Assembly (NCBI GenBank): GCA_030390025.1
Contig: CM059431.1
Coordinates: 147,376,001 to 147,440,000 of the forward strand
Length of the DNA: 64,000 nucleotides
Origin: Squalus acanthias
Taxonomy: Eukaryota
Direction of reading: 5' to 3'
Of the stretch, positions 1 to 12,121 are shown piece by piece. Each line of letters begins with the position of its first letter. The stretch's first letter is position 1. Below the pieces are notes generated by a model. The model saw nothing but the letters and a program-made list of their open reading frames with translations. It was not told the origin of the DNA and made no database searches. The position numbers were made by a program, and so were the translations under genes.

Positions 1-400
1 GAAATGTGCACAGTACTCCAGGTGTGATATGGAGACCAGAACTGCGCACAGTAACTCCAAGTGTGATATGGAGACCAGAACTGTGCACAGTGCTCCAAGT
101 GTGATATGGAGACCACAACTGTACAAATTAATCCAGGTGTGATATGGAGATCAGAAATGTGCACAGTACTCCAGGTGTGATATGGAGACCAGAACTGCGC
201 ACAGTAACTCCAAGTGTGATATGGAGACCAGAACTGTGCACAGTGCTCCAAGTGTGATATGGAGACCAGAACTGTGCACAGTGCTCCAAGTGTGATATGG
301 AGACCAGAACTGTGCACAATACTCCAAGTGTGATATGGAGACCAGAACTGTGCTCAGTGCTCCAAGTGTGATATGGAGACCAGAACTGTGCACTAGACTT
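1..400. repeat. 38-bp minisatellite (GTGTGATATGGAGACCAGAACTGTGCACAGTGCTCCAA), runs off the window start; derived from antisense CR1 ORF2
   Basis: Unit recurs at 61 and 99, giving a 38-bp period. The reverse complement reads HLEYCAQFWSPY, matching the RPHLEYCxQFWxPY segment of the CR1 copies at ~57700 and ~62800. Confidence 0.92.
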
Positions 401-673
401 CAAGTACTGTCTAACTAAGGTTCAGTACGTGTGCATGTTGACAGTGAGAAGATGTTTAAAGTGGAGAGGATGATGAGACAGAGCGCATTTATTCATTGCC
501 CACAGACCATTCAGATGTGTGAGGTGTCTGATTGAGAAATTTAAGAAAGGGGAAGTGTTTTGACTTTGTCACATGAGCTACATTAAACCTGCTGAGCGAC
601 TAATTTCTTGCAGAGTGTACCTGATTGTGAAGACAAGTTGTTTTATTGCCGGAATCCTTGTGCTGAAGTAAAG

Positions 674-710
674 ATGGAGTGGCTGTTTCACATTCTGTTC
701 CTGACGTCCT
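674..710 (+). CDS. Ecto-ADP-ribosyltransferase gene copy 1, signal-peptide exon (MEWLFHILFLTS, phase 1)
   Basis: ATG at 674, hydrophobic leader, canonical donor GTGAGT at 711. Upstream acceptor ctaatttcttgcag ends at 613. The phase fits the acceptor at 1360, and the same exon is conserved in the paralog at 17219-17255. Confidence 0.85.
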
Positions 711-819
711 GTGAGTACCACAACGCTGACTTCAATTCCCCAAACCCTTTGTCCTCTCCTGCTGCATATCTTCCTGATCAATGACTTTCTTTCCTACCCG
801 TCAGTCGTGGCTCAGTGGG

Positions 820-1325
820 TCTCAGTCTCTCTCTCTCTCGCCTCTGAGTCAGACGGTCCTGGGTTCCAGATTCTCCACTCCAGAGACTCGAGCCACATAA
901 TCCCAGGCTGACACTCCCTGGTTGCCCAGTACTGAGGGAGCGCTATACTCTCGGAGGGGCAGTACTGAGGGAGCGCCGCACTGTCGGAGGGGCAGTATTG
1001 AGGGAGCGCTGCACTGTCGGAGGGGCAGTACTGAGGGAGCGCTGCACTGTTGTCTGAGACATTAAACCGAGGCCCCGTCTGCCCTCTCAGGTAGACCTAA
1101 AAGGTCCCACGGCCACTATTGGAAGAATAGTAGAGGGGAGTTCTGCCCGGTGTCCTGTGGCCCAATATTTACCCCTTGTCCAACATCACTTAAAAATAAA
1201 ACAGATTATCTGGTCCTTTATCACATTGCTGATTTTGGGAGCTTGCTGTGCGCAATTGGCCCCCGCGTTTCTTGCATCACAACAGCGACCACACATCAAA
1301 AGCACTTCATTGGTGGTGAAAGGCG
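820..1325 (+). mobile_element. tRNA-headed Deu-domain SINE (SacSINE1/AmnSINE1-like) in the ART intron, with ~4 copies of an internal 33-bp unit
   Basis: A-box-like GTGGCTCAGTGG and B-box-like GGTTCCAGATTC, followed by GAGACATTAAACCGAGGCCCCGTCTGCCCTCTCAGG...CCCGGTGTCCTG, which I recognise as Deu-domain sequence. Family name is from recall. Confidence 0.7.
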
Positions 1326-1360
1326 CGGTAAAATTGCAGTTCTGTCTTTCTGATTGGCAG

Positions 1361-2232
1361 GTCGGAGTCTGGTCAGTTTACCAGTGAATCCGAAGGGTAC
1401 AGATTGTCAGATTCTACCTCCAAGCTCAGTGTTGAACATGGCAGAAAATTCTGCCGCCTATTACTTCTCGCGGAGCGAGGCGTCCGATGAATCGGCGATA
1501 AAATTCCTGCAGGCAGAGCTGGAGAATAACGCGGCATTTGTGAAATACTGGAAAAAAGCCAAGGACAGTTGGGAAGGCAAGACCGTGCCTGGTGGTCTCC
1601 GAAAGGAGCATGTCATCGCTATCACCGCCTACACCATTAATGGAAGTTTGTATGAAACCTTCAACAATGGGGTTCGAAGCTATGGCGGTGACCTCAAGAA
1701 ATACAATGACTGCTTTAAACTGAAGAGCTTTCACTACCTTCTGTCTGTCGCCCTGGATGTGTTGAAAAACAGTTCCATTGGGCCGGTGGTGTATCGGGGA
1801 ATAAAGAGTCAGGTCTCTGGGACACTGGGAACAGAGATGAGGTTTGGAATATTTGCCTCCACTTCCTTCAATGAGGTGGTGGCTAAGGAGTTTGCGAAGT
1901 CTAAATCAGGCACTGTCTTTGAAATAAACACATTGTACGGTGTCGACCTCCGAAAGTTCACGGTGAACGTGACGCAAGAGGAGGTCTTGATCCCGCCTTA
2001 TGAGAAGTTCAAAATCACAAAGCCCTCAGGAAGCAACAGATACACCCTCGTCTCGACAGGCTACAAGGGAGTGAGAGTGAGGGTGGAGCGGCTGCCAGAC
2101 GGTTCCGGTCTCAAGATCGTTTATTCCGCCAAAACCCCCTGGTGGGTCTGGTTTCTGACCGCTTTGGGAATCTTAGTCTTTCTGGTGGTAGTTGGTGGTC
2201 TCACCTGGTACTGCTACAATAAATACTTCTGA
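1361..2232 (+). CDS. Ecto-ADP-ribosyltransferase (ARTC/ART1-5 family) copy 1, catalytic + transmembrane exon; spliced product 302 aa, intact
   Basis: Acceptor tctttctgattggcag ends at 1360. Motifs LNMAENS, AYT, Y.TFN, FHYLL, VYRG (R), RFGIFASTS (S), GTVF, QEEVLIPPYE (E). Hydrophobic WWVWFLTALGILVFLVVVGGLTW is followed by the short tail YCYNKYF. Confidence 0.93.
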
Positions 2233-2234
2233 AT

Positions 2235-4465
2235 CCCACCTGACCAACCCCAAACCCTCGCACCCCTCAACCCCACCTAACCCCTCACACCTCAACCCCA
2301 TCTATCCCCTCACCCCTCAACCCCACCGAGCCCCTCACCCCTCAACCCCACCTAGCCCCTCACCCCTCATCCCTCAACCCCACCTAGCCCCTCACCCCAC
2401 AAACCCACCTAGCCCCTCACACCTCACCCCCACCTAGCCCCTCACCCCACAAACCCACCTAGCCCCTCACACCTCACCCCCACCTAGCCCCTCACCCCAC
2501 AACCCCACCTAGCCCCTCACCCCCACCTAGTCCCTCACACCTCACCCCCACCTAGCCCCTCACACCTCACCCCCACCTAGCCCCTCACCCCCACCTAGCC
2601 CCTCACACCTCACCCCCACCTAGCCCCTCACACCTCACCCCCACCTAGCCCCTCACCCCCACCTAGCCCCTCACACCTCACCCCCACCTAGCCCCTCATC
2701 CCTCAACCCCACCTAGCCCCTCACCCCCACCTAGCCCCTCATCCCTCAACCCCACCTAGCCCCTCACCCCTCAACCCCACCTAGCCCCTCACACCTCACC
2801 CCCACCTAGCCCCTCACCCCTCAACCCCACCTAGCCCCTCACCCCTCAACCCCACCTAGCCCCTCACCCCTCAACCCCACCTAGCCCCTCACCCTTCACC
2901 CCCACCTAGACCCTCACACCTCACCCCTCAACCCCACCTAGCCCCTCACCCCCTCACACCTCAACACCACCTAGCACCTCACCACTCAACCCCACCTAGC
3001 CCCTCACACCTCACCCCTCACACCCACCTAGCCCCTCTCCCCACACAGCCCCACACACCACAACCCCACCTAGCCCCTCACAACTCACCCCTAAACCCCA
3101 CCTAGCCCCTCACCCCACAACCCCACCTAGCCCCTCACCCCACACCCCTCAACCCCACTATGCCCCTCACCCCTCAACCCCACCTAAACCACTCACCCCA
3201 CACCCTCTCACCCCCACCTAGCCCCTCACCCTCTCACCCCCACCTAGCCCCTCACACCTCACCCCAACCTAGCCCCTCCCACCTCACCCCTCAACCCCAC
3301 CTAGCCCCTCACCCCCTCACCCCTCAACCGCACCTAGCCCCTCACACCTCACCCCCACCTAGCCCCTCACCCCTCACCCCTCAATCCCACCTATCCCCTC
3401 ACCCCCTCACCCCTCATCCCCAACTAGCCCCTCACAACTCAACCCCTCAACCCCACCTAGCCCGTCACCCCTCACCCCCACCGAGCCCCTCACCCCCTCA
3501 CCCCCACCAAGCCCCTTCACACCTCACCCCTCACCCCACCGAGCCCCTCACCCCCTCACCCCTCAACCCCACCGAGCCCCTCACCCCTCACCCTCACCCC
3601 CACCGAGCCCCTCACACCCCACCCTCACCCCCACCGAGCCCCTCACACCCCACCCAACCGCTCTCCCTCTCCAACCCCTCTCCCTCTCCAACCCCTCTCC
3701 CTCTCCAACCCCTCTCCCTCTCCAACCCCTCTCCCTCTCCAACCCCTCTCCCTCTCCAACCCCTCTCCCTCTCCAAGCCCTCTCCCTCTCCAACCCCTCT
3801 CCCTCTCCAACCCCTCTCCCTCTCCAACCCCTCACTCCTTCTAACACCTCATCCCATCACCCCCCCAACCCTCTCTGCCTCCTCCCACTTCACACTCCCA
3901 ATCTTCAAACCCTCCTACCTAAGCCTCCGCCTCCCTAACCCCTCTCCCTCACACACCTCTCCCCTCACACTCCTCCCTCAACCCTCCCACCCCACACCTC
4001 ACACCCCCAGCCCTCACACCCCTCTCCTCCCTCCCCCCACCTCATCAACCTCAAACCCTCACAACCCTCTAACACCCCCACCCATCACACCCTCAAACCT
4101 CGCCGCCTCCCCCACCTCACGCTCTCCCCCAACCTTCAACCTCATCCCCCCCCACCTCCCCAAGCCTCTCCCGCCCCACACACCCCCCTCCCAACCCCTC
4201 ACCCCCGGCTCCTCCAAACCACCCCCAACCACAAACCCACAACCCTCGACACCTTTCGTACTTCTCCCCCTGACTCCTCTCTCCTCACACCCCCCCCGCC
4301 CCCACACTCTCCCGCCCCACACACCCCCCCGCAACCCCTCACCCCCGGCTCCTCCAAACCACCCCCAACCACAAAACCCCCAACCCTCAACCCCCGACAC
4401 CCTTCATACTTCTCCCCCTGACTCCTCTCTCCTCACCCCCGCCCCCCGACCCCCACACTCTCCCA
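2235..4465. repeat. C-rich degenerate tandem/low-complexity tract (CCCCACCTAGCCCCTCA-type, then CCAACCCCTCTCCCTCT-type)
   Basis: Direct inspection. The Pro/His/Ser ORFs here are repeat translations. Confidence 0.9.
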
Positions 4466-4466
4466 A

Positions 4467-4871
4467 CTGCAGACTGGTCAGTTGTCTGAAATCAGACGTC
4501 AAGTCATCGACGAATTGACCAATCGCTGGTGTTAGTACATGTGCGGTGTTTTGCTTATTGTCGCCTGAGCTTAAAGTAAAGGGATAGCCCTGTGTCTGCT
4601 AAAGTATAATCAGCAATTGTGATACGCAACATAACTGTCGGATACTTGCTTGCAATCTATTGCTGATTTTTAAGTAAATGAAGTGTATAAATGTAAGGTT
4701 GTTCAAGCAGCACGAAAAGGCCCATGCCTAGGTCCGCGTGCTCTATCTGTGCCAATACTCCACTTCGTAAATTGCTTTTTATGCTGAAGTTAATGAATAA
4801 AATGTTTATAACCAGAAGACTGAAATCGTTATTAGTCAAGTGAACAAACAGAAGTAGGTTTAGGACAACAC
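4467..4871 (+). mobile_element. LTR-like interspersed repeat fragment
   Basis: 4467-4680 is clearly homologous to the reverse complement of 55518-55612 plus 53685-53800. It contains TATAAA (~4686) and AATAAA (4796-4801), and ends in ...GGACAACA. Confidence 0.5.
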
Positions 4872-5891
4872 TGTGTAACAGGCTCGAGGGGCTGAATGGC
4901 CTCCTCCTGTTTCTGTGTAACAGGCTCGAGGGGCTGAATGGCCTCCTCCTGTTCCTGTGTAAGAGGCTCGAGGGGCTGAATGGCCTCCTCCTGTTCCTGT
5001 GTAACAGTCTCGAGGGGCTAAATGGCCTCCTCCTGTTCCTGTGTAACAGGCTCGAGGGGCTGAATGGCCTCCTCCTGTTCCTGTGTAACAGGTTCGAGGG
5101 GCTAAATGGCCTCCTCCTGTTCCTGTGTAACAGACTCGAGGGGCTGAATTGCCTCCTACTGTTCCTGTTTAACAGGCTCGAGGGGCTGAATGGGCTCCTC
5201 CTGTTCCTGTGTAACAGGCTCCAGGGGGCTGAATGGCCTCCTCCTGTTCCTGTGTAACAGGCTCCAGGGGGCTGAATGGCCTCCTCCTGTTCCTGTGTAA
5301 CAGGCTCGAGGGGCTGAATTGCCTCCTACTGTTCCTGTTTAACAGGCTTGAGGGGCTGAATGGCCTCCTCCTGTTCCTGTGTAACAGGCTCCAGGGGGCT
5401 GAATGGCCTCCTCCTGTTCCAGTGTAACAGGCTCCAGTGGGCTGAATGGCCTCCTCCTGTTCCTGTGTAACAGGCTCCAGGGGGCTGAATGGCCTTCTCC
5501 TGTTCCTGTGTAACAGGTTCAAGGGGCTGAATGGCCTCCTCCTGTTCCCGTGTAATAGGCTCGAGGGGCTGAATGGCCTCCTCATGTTCCTGTGTAACAG
5601 GCCCGAGGGGTTGAATGGCCTCCTCCTGTTCCTGTGTAACAGGCCCGAGGGGCTGAATGGCCTCCTTCTGTTCCTGTGTAACAGGCTCGAAGGGCTGAAT
5701 GGCCTCCTCCTGTTCCTGTGTAACAGGATCGAGGGGGCTGAATGGCCTCCTCCTGTTCCTGTGTAACAGGCTTGAGGGAGCTGAATGGCCTCCTCCTGTT
5801 CCTGTGTAACAGGCTCGAGGGGCTGAATGGCCTCCTCCTGTTCCTGTGTAACAGGCTCGAGGGGGCTGAATGGCCTCCTCCTGTTCCTGTG
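4872..5891 (+). repeat. 42-bp minisatellite (AACAGGCTCGAGGGGCTGAATGGCCTCCTCCTGTTCCTGTGT) derived from the CR1 3' tail
   Basis: 14-codon periodicity (NRLEGLNGLLLFLC). The unit matches the CR1 tail GCAGGCTCGAGGGGCC..TGGCCTACTCCTGCTCCT seen at ~11495 and ~58212. Confidence 0.9.
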
Positions 5892-6038
5892 TTTTTTTTT
5901 ATTCGCTTATGGGATCTGGGCATCGCTGGCAAGGCCAGCATTTATTACCCATCCCTAGTTGCCCTTGAGAAGGTGGTGGTGAGCCGCCTTCTTGAACCGC
6001 TGCAGTCCGTGTGGTGAAGATACTCCCACAGTGCTGTT
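5892..6038 (-). mobile_element. Short 3' tail fragment of a non-LTR retrotransposon (LINE)
   Basis: The minus strand ends an ORF (HGLQRFKKAAHHHLLKGN*) followed by AATAAA and an A-rich tail (T-run at 5892-5900 on plus). Confidence 0.6.
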
Positions 6039-9000
6039 AAGATAACTCCACGAGAACATTCGATTGTGGCAAGTCCCTCTACAATATTTAATGGTCTGAA
6101 ACCTGACTTTAAGATATTTACAATCTGGATATAGCGAACGGGTTCTGGTCCATACCATTGGCAGAGGAATCACAATGGAAATTCGCCTTTACTGTCGGGG
6201 ATAGACAGTATACATGGACCAGGGTCCCGCATGGGTTCCACAATAGTCCAAACATATTTCACCGTGTACTGAGTCAACCCTTGGATGAGTTAGATCTATC
6301 AGAGTACCAGAACGCCCTACTCCAATATGTCGATGACAATGATTGAATCAGAGGACGCCAAAGGACACATGGGAGCAATACTAGCCACCCTCCAGGCACT
6401 TAAAAAAGCTGGCTTTAAACTGAACCCCAAAAAGGCACATGTCGGACTGTCCAAAGTAAAGTATCTAGGACACGAAATTAGCCAGGGGTAAAAGGCACTC
6501 CCGCAGGAATGAAAGGCAGCCATAAAAGACATGCCAAGGCCAGTGACCATCCGGGGAGTGAGGAAAGTGTTGGGACTATTTAACTACTGCAGGAATTTTA
6601 TATCAGACTTTGCAGGGAAAGCAGAGCCGATTCAACGGTTAGTTAAAGGAGGGAGACCCACCACTGATAAGATAGAATGGGAATCGGAGCAGGACGAGGC
6701 TTACGCAAAATTAAAAGCAGCCCTGACGTCCGCACCCGCACTAGGATTGCCAAATATAGTCACACCATTCCATATATACTATAATATAGACGGGAACTTC
6801 TATAACGCCGTAGTCACTCAAGAGTACGGGGGAGATATGAGGCCAATTGCCTATTACTCCATCCAACAAACCCCTGTGGCTAAAGGAATGGTGAGATGCG
6901 TGGCGGCCCTCGACTGTGCCGCATGGGCGGTGCGGATACGCGAGCCCGTCACTATGTCAGGACAGCTGATATTACACACGCAACACACAGTGGTGGAATT
7001 GCTAAACACAGGTAAAATGAAGGCTGTATCAAACAGAAAGAGGGCGGCTTGGGAAGCAGTATTGATACCCAAGGACAGATGAGTCCAGATTATAAGGGAA
7101 CATAGAGTCAACCCCGCGGAGGGAATGCTATCGGAGGGTGAGGCACACGAGTGTCAGTTAGTAATCGAAGAAGAGGTCAGAGGAACCGTATCAGAATCAC
7201 CCCTTGAAAATCCCGAAAACACCTTTTATGTAGACGGATCTCGCCGATATATAAATGGGGAGCCACACACCGGTTGGGAAGTAGTATCCGAGAACGGAGA
7301 AACAGTTGCAAAGGGAGGGCTTGAAGGAGGAACCTCAGCGCAGGTAGCAGAACTAGTGGCTCTCACGGGAGCATTGAAATTAGAAAAAGGAAAACGAGTA
7401 AATATATACACAAACAGTAGGTATGCGTTTGGGGTAGTGCATGACTATATGAAAGCGTGGAATAGGAGAGGATATGTAACCTCCAGAGGAGGACAAATAC
7501 AGCATGAGGAGGTAGTGAGAGACCTAGTAGAATTTACAGAAATTTACAGAACAAACGGGTAACTGTTCAACCTCCGTCGCCTCCAGTCCAGATCCAAGGT
7601 TGTCCCATCCTCTGTCGTCGAATTACAGTGTGCAGACGACGCTTGCGTCTGCGCTCACTCGGAGATCGAACTCTAAACCATCGTCAACACCTTCACCGAA
7701 GCGTACGAGAGCATGGGCCTTGCACTAAACATCCGTAAGACAAAGGTCCTCTACCAACCTGCCCCCGCCACACAGTACTGCCCCCCGATTATCAAAATCC
7801 ACGACAAGGCCTTGGACAACGTGGACCACTTTCCATACCTCAGGAGCCTACTGTCAACAAGGGCAGACGTCGACGACGAAGTCCAACACCGCCTTCAGTG
7901 TGCGAGTGCAGCCTTCAGTCGCCTGAGGAAGAGAGTGTTTGAAGACCAGGAGTTCAAACCCGGCACCAAGCTCATGGTCTACAGAGCAGCAGTGATACCC
8001 GCCCTCCTGTATGCCTCAGAGACATGGACCATGTACAGCAGACACCTTAAAGCACTGGAGAGGTACCACCAACGCTGTCTCCACAAGATTCTGCAAATCC
8101 ATTGGCAGGATAGGCGCACCAACGTCAGTGTTCTCGCTCAGGCCAACATCCCCAACATCGAAGCTTTGACCACGCACGATCAGCTCCGATGGACAGGCCA
8201 CATCATCCGCATGCCCGATACGAGACTCCCAAAACAAGCGATCTACTCGGAGCTCCGGCACGGCAAGAGAGCCCCAGGTGGGCAGAGGAAACGCTTCGAG
8301 GACACCCTCAAAGCCTCCTTGAAAAAGTGTAACATCCCCACCGACACCTGGGAATTCCTGGCCCAAGACCGCACAAAGTGGAGGAGAAGCATCCGGGAAG
8401 GCGGCAAACACCTCGAGTCTCTTCGCCGGGAGCAAGCGGAAGTCAAGCGCAGGCAGCGCAAGGAGCGCACGTCAACCCAAGCACCCCACCCACCCGCCCC
8501 TTCAACCACCGTCTGCCCCACCTGTGACAGAGACTGTCGGTCCCGCATTGGACTCATCAGTCACCCGAGAACTCATTTGTAATGTGGAAGCAAGTCATCC
8601 TCGGTTCCGAGGGACTGCCTGAGAAGGGAAGAAGCGGTAAAACGAGCAGAAGAGGTAGCAGTGATTAAAATAAAGGCACACCGCAAGATAGTGAGCTAGC
8701 AACAAAAAGGAAATATGTTAGCTGATCAGGCAGCAAGAGCAGTGGCGGACACAGAGATGCCGACACCAAGAGCAGCAGGTAGAATAGGAGCAGGGGAAGT
8801 GAACATTAAGAGAATCCAAGAGGAGACCGAAATGGAGGAGCAGGAGCAGTGGACAAAGAGAGGCGCAGCCAGAGGTAGAGATGGAATATGGAAAAAGGAT
8901 TTCAGGGTGGTAGCCCCTCGCTGTATTGAGGAGAATTCGTTGAAAATATACCATGAGCCAGACCATGGGGCGGCGGAATTGTATGATAGGTAGGCTAAGT

Positions 9001-9994
9001 ATAGATTGGTGGTGGAGTGGAATGGGACAAGATGTGGCAAAATACTGCAGACGCTGCATCATCTGTGGACAGCACAACCTGGGTAGGCCCATAAAGGTTA
9101 GAATGGCCCACCAGCCACGACCCAAAGGCCCCTGGGAAAACCTCCAGATGGACTTTACTGGACCCCTACCCAACAGCAGAAGGAAGAAATACTGCCTAGT
9201 GATCATAGACCAGTTTACAAGGTGGGTGGAAGCATTCCCCACCAGAGACTGTAGTGCTCAGACTGTGGCCTGAATATTTGCATACGACGTGATACCGAGA
9301 TGGGGGATCCTGTTGCAAATAGATTCAGATCAAGGCACCCACTTTACGGGAAAGGTAATGAAAGAAGTTTCTAAGCTACTGGGAGTAAGACAGAAGTTCC
9401 ATATCCCCTATCATCCGCAAAGCTCAGGCATGGTAGAGCGAATGAACAGAACCCTGAAAACAGCCTTAAGCAAGGCCATAGCCGAAACCGGACAGGGATG
9501 GGTGGATGTCCTCCCGTGTATCCTGATGAGGCTGAGAGCCACCCCAAACAGGGTGACCGGACTGACACCATATGAACATGACTGGACGAGCAATGCATCT
9601 GCCGGAAGGAGTAGCATCTGGTAGCGAGGGACTAGGACTCTTAAAAGATAAAATTAGGAAATGCGTACAAACATTGGATAATCAATTGAAGGAGCTCAAA
9701 GAAGAAGTTAAAGAACAGCAAGACATCAGAGATAAAAATACACAAAAGCAGGGGGCCTTGGAGCCCCTACCCAAGGTGGGCGAGCAGGTATTTGTTAAAA
9801 TATCGCCAGAGAGATCGGGATTCTCACCTAGATGGACCGGACCATTTGAGGTTATCATGACCAGCGATACGTGCGCATGTATAGATATGAGGGGAAAGGG
9901 TAGATGGAAACATTGGACCCAATTAAAACGATACAGCAATAACCCACCTGATCTTAAATCCCACAGGAAAAATGGAATAAACACCGGAGATTAG
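6039..9994 (+). pseudogene. pol: Degraded retroviral pol: RT (YVDD), degenerate RNase H tether, RNase H, integrase
   Basis: RT: LDIANGFWSIPL, FAFT, YTWTRVPHGFHNSP, QYVDD. Tether: RPIAYYS. RNase H: FYVDGS, SAQVAELVAL, NIYTNSRYAFG, IKAH, GNMLADQAA. Integrase: H..H/C..C zinc finger, LQMDFTG / IDSDQG / GMVERMN (DDE), WTGPF. About 9 stops or frameshifts, plus an RTE insertion. Confidence 0.93.
7533..8633 (+). mobile_element. 5'-truncated RTE-clade LINE inserted into the proviral RNase H
   Basis: RT C-terminus (…ALLYASETW…RWTGHIIRMPDTRLPKQ…GGQRKRF…CPTC..C..RIGL.SH). Removing it restores DLVE|AVKRAEEV. AGAA is duplicated at 7529-7532 and 8630-8633. Confidence 0.9.
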
Positions 9995-10046
9995 CTAACA
10001 TCTGGTGTCGACCAGGCTTCTGCTTAATTTACAGGGAAACTTCACC

Positions 10047-12013
10047 ATGAAGGTGGGATTACTGCTGGGAATCGTATGCATCACGAAATAAGCGAAGGGA
10101 CATCCCACATTACACGACAAGTACATGATGAGGAAGCACCGTGTTTTAATGGAACAATCACATTCGGAGTCTCATCCACGGCTCCCAATACACAGAAAGA
10201 AGAGACAAGCGAACCGAGGATGCTACAATGTCCAGATATGAAACCTGGACCTATGAATGGACTAGTATTATTTACCGAGGGAGAACAATTGTATGATAAC
10301 GTGAGACACGAAATTGTACCGGTACTAATGAACTTAACCATGTTACAATGGCCAGGATATTGTGAGAGGTTTAACAAAACTAGAGAATTGTATGCATATA
10401 TGATGAAGAATGTAATTAGCCAAGCTGCTGATGCGACAGGGGCCACTAGTTTCAGGGGACATGCTGCATTCCACCAAAGGATTAAGGGGAGTTTAGGAAC
10501 CGACATACTCCCGGGAATAATCACAGGGACATCATTCATCAATGCCTTAGATATACAAGGAGTCCAGAGTAGTGTGGAACGACGACAAATGGTAATACAA
10601 CAGATTTTACAGACGGAAACTGGTTTGGTTCGACAAGGATCAGAGTTAGGAGGACACACGATGAGGAAATTACTCGAGGGAATCAAGGTTATAGAGGCCC
10701 ATGCTAGCGTTATCAACAAACTAAACCATAGAGATGAGGAACAGGCAAAAGACGGGGTAGGGAGAGGCTTGTGTCATGCCTACGGCCAATGGATCACCGG
10801 ACAGTTGAAACATAATCTGGTACAGATACAGCGAGGTGAGGTACCAGACTGGATTAACAGCACACAGCTCCATGGCCTGAGCCAGAAACCAGGCCCCCTG
10901 AGTGCTTACACCCTCAAAGGGATGACCAGAGTGTATCCAGTGATACAAAAATGTAAAGCAGAAGTGACAGCAATGATAGGTATGGTACTCCTGATACCAG
11001 TGGTGGGACTAGACACTGCTCCATACCCACAGTACCAGGTAACAAACATAGGCATAGTGAGGGGTGAGACATACCTCCAATACTATTCGATCGATACCTA
11101 TGCCATCAGGAAGAATGGTACTATGAGAGGAGTCTCCCTAAACGGATGCCACGGGAAAGGCACGCTTACGATATGCCCACATCCGGTAGGAGAAGGCCCT
11201 AAGGATGAGTGCGGCTATAATAAGACACAGGGGTGTGTGTTGGAATTATCACATGTTGACCACCATCACACCCGCTCGGGATATAGAGGCGAAGGGGAGT
11301 ATTGTATAGCCACCACGGAGACTGAGTACCAATATAGTAACCTTGTGTGTGCAATCACAATGCCCAACTTCTGCTTTACGCCAAAGATCCTGCTCCTATT
11401 TCGTGTGTCCAATTCTGTTAGGTTCAGGAGATGGTTCTGTGATAGTAGATTGGCGGTTAGGATCAGATCAGCTGTGATCTTATTGAATGGCGGAGCAGGC
11501 TCGAGGGGCCAATTGGCCTACTCCTGCTCCTATTTCTTATGTTCTTATGTTCTTATGATCCCTGTGACAATTGGACACACCAGATTGGTGTATGTACATT
11601 CAATAGAGGAGATAAAACTAAATGTGCCAGATAATTTAAGGGAAGAGTTGGTCAATTATGAAGACCCGGGAGGGGCCCCAATACCCCGCCTGCAAGAGGA
11701 TCTGCAAGAAATGAAAGAGGATTTAAGCAAGATGGTGAAACAATACATAGTGTTACAAAGGAATCTTGGGGAATTAGAAAGGGACATAGAGGTAGGGCTA
11801 CAAGAAGTCCCGTGGTATGAGAAGCTGTGGGATTGGGGAATGAATGTCAACATACACCCATGGATCCGCATCATTTCTCATATATTAGTGATAGTACAGT
11901 TAGGCATGGCTATAGGATGGGGAATGGCAGCGAGCACCGCTTGTAAAAAGAAACGGACCAAACAAAGAGCTAAAGCGAGTCGGAAAGAGCTGGAAGACAC
12001 AAGGTTGCTCTAA
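10047..12013 (+). CDS. env: Envelope glycoprotein (class I fusogen, F-protein-like); signal peptide frameshifted, 57-aa in-frame retroposon insertion
   Basis: Splice acceptor ttctgcttaatttacag ends at 10034. ATG 10047 gives MKVGLLLGIVCIT, which is out of frame with the 645-codon ORF. RIKG (degenerate furin site), then a hydrophobic fusion peptide, heptads, Cys-rich region, HR2, PWYEKLWDW, TM helix and basic tail. Confidence 0.85.
11391..11561 (+). mobile_element. 171-bp CR1 3'-tail (or CR1-tail SINE) insertion in env with GATCC target-site duplication
   Basis: GATCC at 11386-11390 and 11557-11561. Ends in GAATGGCGGAGCAGGCTCGAGGGGCC...(TTCTTATG)n, like the CR1 tails at 56050-56140 and 58200-58266. 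Confidence 0.9.
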
Positions 12014-12121
12014 ACATGATGGGTATGCAGGGCCTCCCGAACCAGTGACTGATCACCGCATGGGGCAAGAGGCACAGTGATGCTTATACATGTGGTTTAA
12101 CTTGGGCAGGGGCCAAGTACC

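Noticed and set aside
3160..4518. 452-aa Pro/His-rich ORF
   Set aside because: Translation of a C-rich low-complexity tract with no domain features.
4467..4871. 5' LTR of the provirus
   Set aside because: No visible similarity to the 3' LTR at 12134-13401; it matches the element at 53590-55768 instead.
10081..10719. 212-aa antisense ORF in env (and the antisense ORF 59782-60567 in FAM111)
   Set aside because: Shadow ORFs of real coding strands with no independent motifs.
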